Origin: Eubacteriales bacterium
GTDB lineage: Bacteria; Bacillota; Clostridia; Oscillospirales; CAG-382
NCBI GenBank assembly: GCA_041672465.1
Contig: JBAYZO010000006.1
Coordinates: 1,938 to 65,937, forward strand
DNA length: 64,000 nt
Reading direction: 5' to 3'
Of this stretch, positions 1 through 9,495 are shown one piece after another. A program made the translations under genes and the position numbers. How positions within the stretch are numbered: position 1 is the first letter of the stretch; each line of letters opens with the position of its first letter. The notes under the pieces are model-generated. The model was not told where the DNA came from, ran no database searches, and saw only the letters and a program-made list of their open reading frames with translations.

Positions 1-29
1 TTGGAATGTTTATGTCGCCAATTTTCATA

Positions 30-2078
30 TCAGTTTAAAATGTTCCGCTTAAAGCTCTTAACAAACAGCTCTTCCGCCGCGGAGTTTAGCTCGGCGTAGC
101 CGTTTTCGTCAAGCAGTCCTTTGTCTATAATCATATCAACCAGCGCCCTTGTCTGTTTAATAAGCGCCATATCAGCTATGTTAGCGATTTTAAAACTAAT
201 TTCCCCCGATTGTTTTTCGCCGAAGAACTCGCCCGGGCCGCGGAGCTTGAGGTCGGTTTCGGCTATTTCAAAGCCGTTTTGGGTACGGCACATAATTTCC
301 AGCCTCTCGCGTGACTTTTTTGATTCCTTGTCATACACCAAAAGGCAAAACGATTCCTCCCGCCCTCTGCCTATTCTCCCTCTTAGCTGATGCAGAGTGG
401 AAAGCCCGAACCGTTCGGAGTTTTCAACAACCATAACCGTGGCGTTGGGGACATCCACGCCCACCTCCACAACCGTGGTCGACACGAGTATCTTGGTCTC
501 CCCCGACTTAAAGGCCGCCATTATAGCGTTTTTATCCTTCCCTTTCATCCTGCCGTGGAGGAGCGACGCGGGGTAGCTTGGAAAATCCCTTATCACGGCT
601 TCATATTTTTCAGCGGCGGAAAGCGCGTCGACAACTTCCGATTCCTCCGCCAAGGGGCAAACGACAAACACCTGCCTGCCGCGCCTGAGCTGACTTTCGA
701 GAAGGTCGTTTATTTGTTTTCTGTCTGAGCCGTCTATCGCGTAGGTCTTTATGTTTTGTCTCCCCGGCGGGAGCTCGTCGAGAACGGATACGTCAAGGTC
801 GCCGTACAGTATAAGGCTGAGCGTCCGCGGTATCGGCGTCGCCGACATTACAAGGGTGTGGGGGCTGGTCTCGCCCTCGCCTTTGGTAATAAGCGACGCG
901 CGCTGGATAACGCCGAATCGGTGCTGTTCGTCCGTTATCGCGAGCCCGAGGTTTGAAAACTCCACATCTGATTGTATGACCGCGTTGGTTCCGATTATTA
1001 CATCGACTTCCCCGTTTGATATATCGTCTTTTATCTTCTTTTTTGAAGCCGCGCCAAGCGAGCCCGTCAAAATCCCCGATTTTATGCCGTGGGGGGAAAG
1101 CATCCCCGACAATGTCGCGAAGTGCTGAGCGGCAAGGATCTCGGTCGGCGCCATAAACGCGGTTTGAAAGCCGTTTTTGGCGGCGAGATAAGCGGAAGCG
1201 GCGGCGAGCACCGTTTTTCCGCTCCCCACGTCGCCCTGAAGCAGCCTTGTCATAGGGGTTTCTTTTTGAAGGTCGGCGAATATTTCCTTAACGGCGTTTT
1301 TCTGCGCGTTTGTCAGCTCAAACGGGAGCGAGTCAAAAAACAGTTTTGATTTCGCGCCTTTCAGCGAAAGCGTTTTCGCGGCTTTTTTCGACTGCCCCGC
1401 CTTTAGCTTATACAGCGCGAGCTGAAACACGGCGAGTTCCTCAAAAGCAAGCCGCCTTACGGCCTCGTCGGCCTCTTTTTGGTTTTGGGGGAAATGCACT
1501 TGTTTTATGGCAAGGGTTTTAGTTATGAGAGAAAATTGTTTTCTTACTTCCTCGGGGAACGTCTCCGGTACTTCGTCCGCAAGCGCGAGCACGGACTCGA
1601 CTGCCTTTGCCATTGCTTTTTGGGTAAGCGATTTTGTGGCGGGGTATACTGGGGACACGGCTTTTAAGTCGGGCGAGTATGGCTCGACAGCCGGGTTTAT
1701 CATCTCATGCCCGTAAAGCGTGACCGCAACCCTGCCGTAAACCCTGAGCAGTCTTCCGGGCGATAACGCCGGGACTATCCATCTGCTGTTAAAAAAAGTC
1801 AGATACAGTACGTCGTCTCCGTCGGTGCCAGACGATTTAACATAGTGAATCCCGCTTTTACCCCTCCCCTCGCGGGGGGTAGAGTCGATTTTAATAACCG
1901 CCGAGCATGTTTCGCCGTCCCGCGTTTGGGCTATTCTTTTTATATCCCCGCGGAACTCATAGCGTTTGGGATAAAAGCAAAGCAAATCGCCCGCGGTAAA
2001 AACCCCGAGCCTGCCGAACGCTTTGGCGCGGGACTCCCCGACGCCTTTTATATAACCCACCGGTGTTTTAAGGTCCAT
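30..2078 (-). CDS. recG: ATP-dependent DNA helicase RecG
   Basis: 682-aa ORF with Walker A GDVGSGKT, a DEQHRFG box and helicase C motif QLRGRIGRG. The N-terminal wedge-like region begins MDLKTPVGYIKGVG. Confidence 0.93.
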   Translation of the reverse strand: MDLKTPVGYIKGVGESRAKAFGRLGVFTAGDLLCFYPKRYEFRGDIKRIAQTRDGETCSAVIKIDSTPREGRGKSGIHYVKSSGTDGDDVLYLTFFNSRWIVPALSPGRLLRVYGRVAVTLYGHEMINPAVEPYSPDLKAVSPVYPATKSLTQKAMAKAVESVLALADEVPETFPEEVRKQFSLITKTLAIKQVHFPQNQKEADEAVRRLAFEELAVFQLALYKLKAGQSKKAAKTLSLKGAKSKLFFDSLPFELTNAQKNAVKEIFADLQKETPMTRLLQGDVGSGKTVLAAASAYLAAKNGFQTAFMAPTEILAAQHFATLSGMLSPHGIKSGILTGSLGAASKKKIKDDISNGEVDVIIGTNAVIQSDVEFSNLGLAITDEQHRFGVIQRASLITKGEGETSPHTLVMSATPIPRTLSLILYGDLDVSVLDELPPGRQNIKTYAIDGSDRKQINDLLESQLRRGRQVFVVCPLAEESEVVDALSAAEKYEAVIRDFPSYPASLLHGRMKGKDKNAIMAAFKSGETKILVSTTVVEVGVDVPNATVMVVENSERFGLSTLHQLRGRIGRGREESFCLLVYDKESKKSRERLEIMCRTQNGFEIAETDLKLRGPGEFFGEKQSGEISFKIANIADMALIKQTRALVDMIIDKGLLDENGYAELNSAAEELFVKSFKRNILN

Positions 2079-2104
2079 GCCGGCACATCCTTTAAAATTA
2101 TAAG

Positions 2105-4315
2105 CTAATCAAACGCTAAGGCGTTAAAACCAATGCCGAGTTCGCTCAGCATGCTGCCCTCGCGGGAATGACATGTCAGAATAAATATCTGCTGGGTTTC
2201 CGACAGCCCCGCAAGGGTCGCGAGAAACTTTTTAAGCCTTTTGTCGTCAACCCGCGACAGCGCGTCGTCAAGGACGATAAACGGCCGCGCCCCGCCGTAA
2301 AGAAGCGAGATAAGCGCTTGCCGCAAGCAGAGGTATGCCATGTCTTTGGTTCCCGCCGAGAGGTAATCGGCGGATTTTTCCCCGACAGGGGTGTCAATGC
2401 TCATTGCAAGGTCTGTGGAAAGCCTTACGCTTTGATATTTTCCGTCGGTGATACCCGAAAAGCAGGGAGACGCCAGCTTTGCGAGCTTTGGGGAAATGGT
2501 GGCTTTCATATAATCCCCCGATTCCTCAAGCACTTCGAGCGCGAGAGTTAGCGATTTAAATTTGCCGTTCAGCGAGTTCAGGCTGTTTTTTACCGCTTCA
2601 TGCTTGCTATAAATCACAGCGGGGGAGACGGCGCTCACCCCAAGCGCGGATTTTTGCTTTTCAAGGGCAATTTCCTGCTGCTTTAAGCCTTGGTTCGCGT
2701 GTTTGTAAAAATCTATTTGCTGTTCCACGGCGGCTATGTCCCGCGCAGGCTTAACCGCGCCGGCGGCAAGGCTGACGAGGGAGTCCATATCCACGCCGTC
2801 AAGGTTTGCCTCAAGCTGGCGGGAGAGCGAGAGGTGCTCGGCTTTGAGCTCGCCCGCTTCCACCGAAAGGTTTAGCATTTTTTGAATAAGCAGCCCGTAA
2901 GTGGCCTCTTCTTCGGGAAAATAGCGCTTAACCCGCGTTTCTATTGATTTTTTCAGCCCGTTAAAACTCTTGGCGTCTTCCGAATATGACTTTTCAAGCG
3001 AGTTTAGCTGATTACGCGCTTCCTCCGCTTTAACTTTAACGATTGGAAAATCTTTTGCCTTTTTATAAAACTCCACTTTTCCGCTTATCCCGAGCTTTTT
3101 AAGGGCGGGCGGCTGTTTTAAAAACAGAAAAAACCCGACCGCGCCGAACACAGCCCCCGCCCCCGCGAAGATATGCGAAAACATGCCGAACAATTTAAAG
3201 CCATACCCCGCCCCCGCGAGAGACAGCCCCAAAGCGGCGGCGAGAAGAAGTACCCCGCTTAATATGTTTCTGATCTTCAGCGACTTTTTCAGCTTTTCAA
3301 TGTCGGTTTTAAAAAACGGGGTTGATTTTTCAATGCTCTCTCGCTTTTCTTCTTGGGCTTTTATTTGGGTTTCGGTTTCGTCAAGCCGCTTTTTAATAAG
3401 CGAATACTCCGCGTAATCGTTTATGAGCCGGTTTACAAACTCCGTCTCGGGGATATTGCTGTCGGCAAAGCACGCCATCCGCTGTTTATATTTTTCCTCG
3501 GCCTTTAGCGCGTCGGCCGCTAAAGCGTTAAGGCGGTCAAGGCGGTCTTTCGCCTCGTATTTTCTGATATTTACAATTTCTTTTTCAAGGCTTTCAAGCT
3601 TTGACTCATTAAACGCGATCTTCTGCCTTTTTTCGCCGAGAGCGCTCAGCACCCCGTCAAGCCGGCGCTTTGTCTCTACCGAGTCGGTAAGTTTTTCCCC
3701 GTAACTTTCGAGCCGAGCCTCAAGGTCGGGGATAAACCCTCGGTTTTGGTTGTTTTTAAGGGCCGCTTTCGCCTCTTTAAGCCTTTTCGCGGCGCGTTCG
3801 GCGGAGGTTTTCTCGTCTGCCGAAAACATAAGGTTTTGAATTTGCTCGGCAAGCGCCCCGTCGCCGCCTTTCGGCTGGTAGAGCTGTTTAAAAAATAAAA
3901 CCTTCTGGAACGATTCCTCGCCCACGCCGAAGAAAACCTCCCCCGGCACCATTCCCGTGAAAAGCGACTTCCTTGTAAAATAATCAAAAACATCAACCGT
4001 TTCCTTGGTGTCCGACTGGGTTCTTTCCACCCGGAACTTCCCATTTGGGGTGGTGATGGTTATGGCGCCCGCCGCTTTTCCGCCGCCCCAAGGCATTTGA
4101 AGCAGCTTTTCGTTTTCTGAAATCGACTGCTTGCGGAGACCGGAAAAGCCGTAAAAAACAAACTTAATAAACCCGGCAAGGGTAGACTTCCCCGCCTCGT
4201 TTGGGGCGCAGAGCAGGTTAAGCCCTTTTTGGGGGGAAATCGACAGGTTTTTTATCTTGCCGAAAGCGGCAATATCAATTCTGTCAATACACAAACCATG
4301 AATTTGGCTATCCAT
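2105..4315 (-). CDS. SMC-like AAA ATPase, SbcC/YhaN (SbcE) family
   Basis: 736-aa ORF with N-terminal P-loop APNEAGKST, a long heptad-rich middle and C-terminal Walker B FIVLDDALSRVD. Its start overlaps the upstream nuclease gene by 8 nt. Two hydrophobic segments lie mid-protein. Confidence 0.8.
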   Translation of the reverse strand: MDSQIHGLCIDRIDIAAFGKIKNLSISPQKGLNLLCAPNEAGKSTLAGFIKFVFYGFSGLRKQSISENEKLLQMPWGGGKAAGAITITTPNGKFRVERTQSDTKETVDVFDYFTRKSLFTGMVPGEVFFGVGEESFQKVLFFKQLYQPKGGDGALAEQIQNLMFSADEKTSAERAAKRLKEAKAALKNNQNRGFIPDLEARLESYGEKLTDSVETKRRLDGVLSALGEKRQKIAFNESKLESLEKEIVNIRKYEAKDRLDRLNALAADALKAEEKYKQRMACFADSNIPETEFVNRLINDYAEYSLIKKRLDETETQIKAQEEKRESIEKSTPFFKTDIEKLKKSLKIRNILSGVLLLAAALGLSLAGAGYGFKLFGMFSHIFAGAGAVFGAVGFFLFLKQPPALKKLGISGKVEFYKKAKDFPIVKVKAEEARNQLNSLEKSYSEDAKSFNGLKKSIETRVKRYFPEEEATYGLLIQKMLNLSVEAGELKAEHLSLSRQLEANLDGVDMDSLVSLAAGAVKPARDIAAVEQQIDFYKHANQGLKQQEIALEKQKSALGVSAVSPAVIYSKHEAVKNSLNSLNGKFKSLTLALEVLEESGDYMKATISPKLAKLASPCFSGITDGKYQSVRLSTDLAMSIDTPVGEKSADYLSAGTKDMAYLCLRQALISLLYGGARPFIVLDDALSRVDDKRLKKFLATLAGLSETQQIFILTCHSREGSMLSELGIGFNALAFD

Positions 4316-5462
4316 TTATGTTTATTTCCTCCTCGCCGAAATCAATTACATTTCTGTCATGCAGCGCGGAAATGCCGTATTTCAAGGCGGCGAGCGTAAC
4401 GGCGTACTCGTCGCTGCCGGCGTCGCATTTGCCAAGCCTTTCGGTCATTCGGGAATAAAAAACCCCTCTGAGCGTTGTGTCCTTTTCAAGACCGGTTAAG
4501 TTAATCTCCGGGAAAGTGGAGTCGATAAGTTCCATCTGAAACGGATAGCCGTACCCCTTGCCGACTTCCGCGGGGGAAATCACAAAAGGCTCGCTCACGG
4601 TGCCCGTCATAATAATTCGTATAGCGGTATCGTTGCCGAACGGGCGGACTTTTGCCCTTATAATGTCAATTGCCGACGATTTGCTTACCGCTTTGCTGAT
4701 GTCTACATTCAGCGTTTCATATCTCCTCCGCGAGAGCTGAATTGTCTTGAGGTTGACTTCCCCTTTGCCTATCGTGCCTATAAGGGCGCCGTGGTGGCCG
4801 GGCTCGTCAAAGCTCCTGCCCTCGATACAGCCGGGGTAGGCGTAAGACGTGTTCCCCTCTTTTAAAACGCCGGTTGGCATATGTATATGCCCCAGCGCGA
4901 TATAGTCAAAGCCGGAGGCGGCGATTTCCTGTTTTGTTATAGGCCCGTTTTTAGACGACGGCGAGGATGTGTCCCCGTGACACACCAAAATATTAATCGC
5001 CGACATATCAAGCGGCCCGTACCCCACGACGGGGCTTGACATAAACACCATATCGGTAAAACCCACCCCATAGACGTTAACGCCCAGCTCGGGGATCGGC
5101 ACTTTTTCTCTGTTCCCGCCAAAAATATGGACGTTGGGAGGGAAAGGGACGGTTTTATAAAACGATGAGTCGTTAATTGGGTCATGGTTCCCGGGGGAAA
5201 TAAAAAACCTGCAGCTCGGGAAAGAGTTAAATTCGCTTATAAGCAGTTCCGCCGTGTCTTTTGTGACATATTCGGTGTCAAAAAGGTCGCCGGAAATGAA
5301 AAACAGCTTTATCATCTCCTGCTTTGCAACCATTATCGCCGAGGTAAAGGCGCTCCTTAGCTCTATCTTTCTCTGTTCGGCTTGCGCGGGGCCGGAAAGG
5401 GAAAAAGGCGAATCGAGATGGAGATCGGCGCAGTGAAAAACCCTGACGCTCAGTTGAACCAC
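4308..5462 (-). CDS. DNA repair exonuclease, SbcD/YhaO (SbcF)-type metallophosphoesterase
   Basis: Calcineurin-like motifs HCADLHLD, GDLFD, GNHD and GHIH. It is paired with and overlaps the SMC-like ATPase gene. Confidence 0.85.
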   Translation of the reverse strand: MVQLSVRVFHCADLHLDSPFSLSGPAQAEQRKIELRSAFTSAIMVAKQEMIKLFFISGDLFDTEYVTKDTAELLISEFNSFPSCRFFISPGNHDPINDSSFYKTVPFPPNVHIFGGNREKVPIPELGVNVYGVGFTDMVFMSSPVVGYGPLDMSAINILVCHGDTSSPSSKNGPITKQEIAASGFDYIALGHIHMPTGVLKEGNTSYAYPGCIEGRSFDEPGHHGALIGTIGKGEVNLKTIQLSRRRYETLNVDISKAVSKSSAIDIIRAKVRPFGNDTAIRIIMTGTVSEPFVISPAEVGKGYGYPFQMELIDSTFPEINLTGLEKDTTLRGVFYSRMTERLGKCDAGSDEYAVTLAALKYGISALHDRNVIDFGEEEINING

Positions 5463-5522
5463 CGCCTTTCAAAAGTCGTGTAATTATTAATTATTTTTAT
5501 CGCTTATCTATAATAATGATTT

Positions 5523-6335
5523 TTATGTTTGCTTTGACTTCGGGGTAATAAACGCCGCCATCGCTCCCCTGTTTACCCCCTGACGGCGGTGGGAGAAAAA
5601 CAATTCTTCCTCACAACAGGTGCAGAGGTTACAGATCTCAATATTTTCTTCTCTAAGACCGGCGTTTATAAGCCGCTTTTTAATGGCTTTCGGGATATCA
5701 AAGAAAACGCTCCCATCGGTTTTTACAAACGCCTCTCCGCAGTCGGGGAAAAGCCCGTAAAATTCCTCCCCCACGCTAAAACAGCAGCTTTTGACCGAAG
5801 GGCCGAGCGCGGCTATGATTTCCGCCGGGTCTGCTCCCATGCCCGTCATGATTCCCGCCGCTTTTTCGGATATTCCCTTTTGCGTCCCCCGCCAGCCCGA
5901 GTGAAGAGCGGCGGCGGTGTTTGTTTTTTTGTCGTAAAGGAGAACCGGCACGCAGTCGGCAACCCTTACCGATATAACCATATCCTCGCGGGTTATAAGC
6001 CCGTCCACCCCGCGCCCGAACGGCGGTTTTGTTATCCCTATTCCTTTGTGGTAAAGTTCGGCGACCACAATTTCGTCCGTGTGAAGCTGGAACGTCAGGC
6101 AGGTTTCCTCGGGCGTCTTCCCAAGAAGCGACGCCGCGAGTAAATAGTTTTTATAGATATTTTCGGGGTCGTCTTTGGTCTCCCCCGCGTAATGGGCGAA
6201 GTTAAGGCTTGAAAAGCACCCGCTGCTCACCCCGCCGAGCTTTGCGGTAAAGGCGTGGGGAACGCCGAAAGAGTCAAACAGCGGAGAGGTGAAAAATAAA
6301 AACGGCTTGTCGTGACTAATAAAAGTTTTGGAAAT
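5523..6335 (-). CDS. pgeF: Peptidoglycan editing factor PgeF / YfiH family (laccase-domain protein)
   Basis: Motifs VRVADCVPVL, HSGWRG and FFSHRR. The track ORF starts at GTG 6230, but the conserved FTAKLGGVS block lies in-frame upstream. The only plausible start there is ATT 6335, 8 nt after AAGGAG, so the start is uncertain. Confidence 0.8.
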   Translation of the reverse strand: MSKTFISHDKPFLFFTSPLFDSFGVPHAFTAKLGGVSSGCFSSLNFAHYAGETKDDPENIYKNYLLAASLLGKTPEETCLTFQLHTDEIVVAELYHKGIGITKPPFGRGVDGLITREDMVISVRVADCVPVLLYDKKTNTAAALHSGWRGTQKGISEKAAGIMTGMGADPAEIIAALGPSVKSCCFSVGEEFYGLFPDCGEAFVKTDGSVFFDIPKAIKKRLINAGLREENIEICNLCTCCEEELFFSHRRQGVNRGAMAAFITPKSKQT

Positions 6336-6489
6336 ACGCGCTTCTCCTTACGGGATATGTTTGAGGGAAATACCCTTCCTTTTGAATTATAGCAGAACGT
6401 TTTAATATTATCAAGCGAATAAAGTCATTTTCTGCATGATGCAAACGCTAAAATACCTTAAAATTTTATGCCTTTGGGCGTTTTTTCTA

Positions 6490-6518
6490 TTGACAAGACG
6501 CGTCCGGCTTGCTATAAT
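6490..6518 (+). promoter_or_regulatory. Consensus sigma-A promoter for the tRNA pair
   Basis: TTGACA (6490-6495), a 17-nt spacer, then TATAAT (6513-6518). The -10 ends 13 nt upstream of the tRNA-Met 5' end. Confidence 0.65.
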
Positions 6519-6531
6519 ACACAAGTCACGC

Positions 6532-6608
6532 GGCGGAATAGCTCAGCTGGCTAGAGCATCCGGTTCATACCCGGCAGGTCGTTGGTTCAAATCCGACTTC
6601 CGCTACCA
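6532..6608 (+). tRNA. tRNA-Met (CAT anticodon, elongator type)
   Basis: Manual cloverleaf: acceptor GGCGGAA/TTCCGCT, D-arm TAGCTCAGCTGGCTAGAGC, anticodon loop TTCATAC, T-arm GTTGG-TTCAAAT-CCGAC, encoded CCA. It resembles Bacillus elongator tRNA-Met. A lysidine-modified Ile2 tRNA cannot be excluded. Confidence 0.85.
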
Positions 6609-6659
6609 TTTTTTAAAGCCTTTTAACTGCCGCCGCCTTAGCGCCGAAAAAGGCGAAAA

Positions 6660-6734
6660 GGCCCGTTGGTCAAGTGGTTAAGACACCGCCCTTTCACGGC
6701 GGTAACAGCAGTTCGAACCTGCTACGGGTCACCA
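6660..6734 (+). tRNA. tRNA-Glu (TTC anticodon)
   Basis: GGCCCGTTGGTCAAGTGGTTAAGACACCGCC-CTTTCAC-GGCGG followed by the T-arm and ACGGGTCACCA. This is the typical Firmicutes tRNA-Glu sequence with encoded CCA. Confidence 0.9.
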
Positions 6735-6736
6735 TA

Positions 6737-6775
6737 AAAGCACGCACACGCTTAACGCGGCGGCGTGCTTTTTGT
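6737..6775 (+). terminator. Rho-independent terminator after the tRNA pair
   Basis: AAAGCACGC ... GCGTGCTTT stem followed by a T run. Confidence 0.6.
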
Positions 6776-7057
6776 CAAAAAAAGCCGGGGAGCGTATCGC
6801 GAAAAAACTCCCTCCGCGGCGGTTTTTGAACATTCTTTTACCTTTCCTTGTATATTTTTCCCAACAAACTAAACTAAAAGTGTTATAAAACATATATAAT
6901 AACGCTTGTTTTTTTTTGTATAAAGTAGTATTATTAGGTTGTGTTTTTCTCTCTTCCGAAAAAAAGCGGAGTTTGACCCCCAAACACAGGAAAAAAACGG
7001 GAGAATTTCATTCATAAAACTCAACACGGCAATACGCCAAAAGGCAAGGATATAACA

Positions 7058-9340
7058 ATGACTGAGCTTAAAAAGTTCCCGCCGTCGGTAGTGGCGTTCT
7101 TTGGGGAAAAAGGCATTCCCAAGGACGAATGTATCATAACCATGGAAAGCGACATGGGTGGGGACGGCGTTTATAAAAACGTTTACATACTCCTGACAAA
7201 AGAAAAAATAGCGGTTGCTGAAGGGTTTATCACTTTTGAGGGTAAAGCGAAGCAGGACAAAAGGATCGAATACTTCAACTGCAACCGTTTTGAGGAAATC
7301 CCCATAGAAAAGTGTGAAAGCTTTTCTGTGGAGTTGTTTATTTCCGGCGGCAGAGCAGTTTGCGAAACAAGCGGGAAGACAAAAGAAGTTTTCAGATTTA
7401 CCTCGTCTTTTAAGCACGACGCCAATGTGCTCTGCAACGCCGCGAATCAGCTTAAAAAAGACGGCAAAGTAGACGAGGAAAAGCTAAAGGGCGAGAGCGA
7501 GGAATCAAGGTTTTGCCCCACCTGCCACCGCCGCTACCCCGACCCGGACCGCAAGATTTGCCCGAAATGTATGGAAAAAGCAAAGCTTGTAAAACGGCTC
7601 TCGGTGCTGTTTTTAAAGTACAAATACTATATATTTCTTATTTTTATCGCTTTCGGGCTTGTGGCGAGCCTTGGGATTGTCGCCCCCTATGTGTCAAACG
7701 ACGTGTTTTACAACAAGGTTTTGGCAAAGGGCGGCTCCATGTACGGGAAAATAGGCACCGTTGTGCTTATGATAATAGGAGTGCGGCTGTTGTCGCTTGT
7801 CATTTCGGTAATCAACGGCATTTTGAACGCGAAAATTTCCGCCGAAGTCGTATATGACCTTAAAAAAACCATTTTCAACACTATCGGCGGGCTTTCGCTG
7901 CGGTTTTTTACCAACCGTCAGACCGGCGGACTTATGACGCAAATCAACTCGGACGCCACCACGATATACTGGTTTTTCTGCGACGGTTTCCCTTATCTTG
8001 TGACAAACATACTTCAGCTCCTCGCGGTGCTGGTTGTCATGCTGACCATGGACCCGCTGCTGACGCTTTACACTTTTATAACAATTCCCATTTTTGTTGT
8101 CGCCTTTAAACTCACCTTTACCATGTTCAGCAAGCTCCACGCGCGTTCTTATTCAAAACGCCGGTCGTTTAACTCGTTAATCTCGGACGTGCTCAACGGG
8201 ATGAGGGTGGTCAAGTCCTTCTCAAGGGAAGAGGCCGAAATAAAAAGGTTTCAGGACCGCTCGCAGGCTCAGGCGGACGCGCAAACCACAATAGGAGTCA
8301 CCGCCAATAAAATATTCCGTATGCTGGGCTTTTTAATGAAGATAGGCATTTATGTCGTCTGGGGCGTGGGGGGCTGGCAGGTTATGAAGCACACCGGCAG
8401 CCTTAACTACGGCAAGCTTATGACTTTTATCGCCTATGTGGGGATGATCTACGACCCGCTTGACTTTTTCGCCGACGTCTCAAACTGGTGGTCGGAATGT
8501 CTTAACGCCCTCCAGCGGCTGTTTGAGATAAGCGACTCCATACCCGAGGTAAAAGAGGCGGAAAACCCGGTGGTGTTTGACAAAATACTCGGCAAAGTGG
8601 AATTCAAAGACGTTACTTTTTCCTATGAGGAAAACAGAACCGTCATTGACAACATATCTTTTTCAATCCCCGCCGGCGATACCCTTGGCATCGTGGGCAA
8701 AACGGGGGCGGGAAAGTCAACGCTCGCCAATCTTCTCACCCGGCTGTACGACCCGAATATGGGCGAGATATTTATCGACGACGTTAACCTTAAAAACCTT
8801 TCGTTTGACTCGCTCCGCCGCGCCGTTGCCATTGTGTCTCAGGAAACTTATTTGTTCAGGGGAACGCTGATGGAAAACATTCGCTACGCGCGCCCCGACG
8901 CCACAAATGAGGAGGTTATCGCCGCCTCAAAAATCGCCTCCGCCCACCAGTTTATAATCAAATACCCCGACGCCTACGAAACCATGGTCGGCTTTGGGTA
9001 TAAGGAACTCTCCGGGGGCGAAAAGCAAAGGGTGTCTATCGCCCGCGCGGTTTTAAAAAACCCGAGCATTCTTGTGCTTGACGAGGCGACCGCCGCCATG
9101 GATACCCAGACCGAAAGGCAGATTCAAACGGCGCTTGACAACCTGACCAAAAACCGCACCACCATAATTATCGCGCACAGGCTTTCAACCCTCCGCGACG
9201 CCGACAGCCTTATTGTCCTTGAGGACGGCAAAGTGCCGGAAAAGGGCTCGGCTACCGAACTGCTTAAGAAAAAGGGCAAATACTTTGAGCTATATAAAAT
9301 GCAGGCGCAGGCGCTAAAGACTATTGGAATTGAGGAATGA
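7058..9340 (+). CDS. ABC exporter half-transporter (TMD+NBD) with N-terminal cytoplasmic domain and C4 zinc ribbon
   Basis: 760 aa. A roughly 150-aa soluble N-domain is followed by CPTC-x11-CPKC (residues 153-171). Six TM-type ABC exporter membrane regions follow. The NBD has GKTGAGKST, LSGGEKQR, LVLDEATAAMD and AHRL. Confidence 0.9.
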   Translation: MTELKKFPPSVVAFFGEKGIPKDECIITMESDMGGDGVYKNVYILLTKEKIAVAEGFITFEGKAKQDKRIEYFNCNRFEEIPIEKCESFSVELFISGGRAVCETSGKTKEVFRFTSSFKHDANVLCNAANQLKKDGKVDEEKLKGESEESRFCPTCHRRYPDPDRKICPKCMEKAKLVKRLSVLFLKYKYYIFLIFIAFGLVASLGIVAPYVSNDVFYNKVLAKGGSMYGKIGTVVLMIIGVRLLSLVISVINGILNAKISAEVVYDLKKTIFNTIGGLSLRFFTNRQTGGLMTQINSDATTIYWFFCDGFPYLVTNILQLLAVLVVMLTMDPLLTLYTFITIPIFVVAFKLTFTMFSKLHARSYSKRRSFNSLISDVLNGMRVVKSFSREEAEIKRFQDRSQAQADAQTTIGVTANKIFRMLGFLMKIGIYVVWGVGGWQVMKHTGSLNYGKLMTFIAYVGMIYDPLDFFADVSNWWSECLNALQRLFEISDSIPEVKEAENPVVFDKILGKVEFKDVTFSYEENRTVIDNISFSIPAGDTLGIVGKTGAGKSTLANLLTRLYDPNMGEIFIDDVNLKNLSFDSLRRAVAIVSQETYLFRGTLMENIRYARPDATNEEVIAASKIASAHQFIIKYPDAYETMVGFGYKELSGGEKQRVSIARAVLKNPSILVLDEATAAMDTQTERQIQTALDNLTKNRTTIIIAHRLSTLRDADSLIVLEDGKVPEKGSATELLKKKGKYFELYKMQAQALKTIGIEE

Positions 9341-9350
9341 TTTTTTACGA

Positions 9351-9417
9351 GCAACTTTTTGTCTTTGCAGTTTAATAAACTGCAATTTCGCTAAAGCGAA
9401 ACCGACAAAAACATTGC
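9351..9417 (+). repeat. Nested-hairpin repeat element (same family as 62680-62879, opposite genomic strand)
   Basis: Outer stem GCAACTTTTTGTC/GACAAAAACATTGC encloses hairpins TTGCAGTTTAATAAACTGCAA and TTTCGCTAAAGCGAAA. Both inner hairpins are near-identical to the reverse complement of the 62.7-62.9 kb units. Confidence 0.8.
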
Positions 9418-9495
9418 GGTTCTCTAAATAAATAAGTACTAAGCGTAACCACAAAAAGCTTGTATACCGATAGAAAGAAAGGACTGGTTATAAAA

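Noticed and set aside
5589-6143. 184-aa + strand ORF
   Set aside because: It is antisense to pgeF and has no independent support.
6436-6681. 81-aa ORF spanning the tRNA region
   Set aside because: It overlaps tRNA-Met and tRNA-Glu and the consensus promoter that drives them. Its translation simply reads through structured RNA genes.
6869-7417. 182-aa minus-strand ORF overlapping the start of the first ABC gene
   Set aside because: It runs through AT-rich intergenic DNA and is antisense to the ABC N-domain. It has no SD and its sequence is low-complexity.
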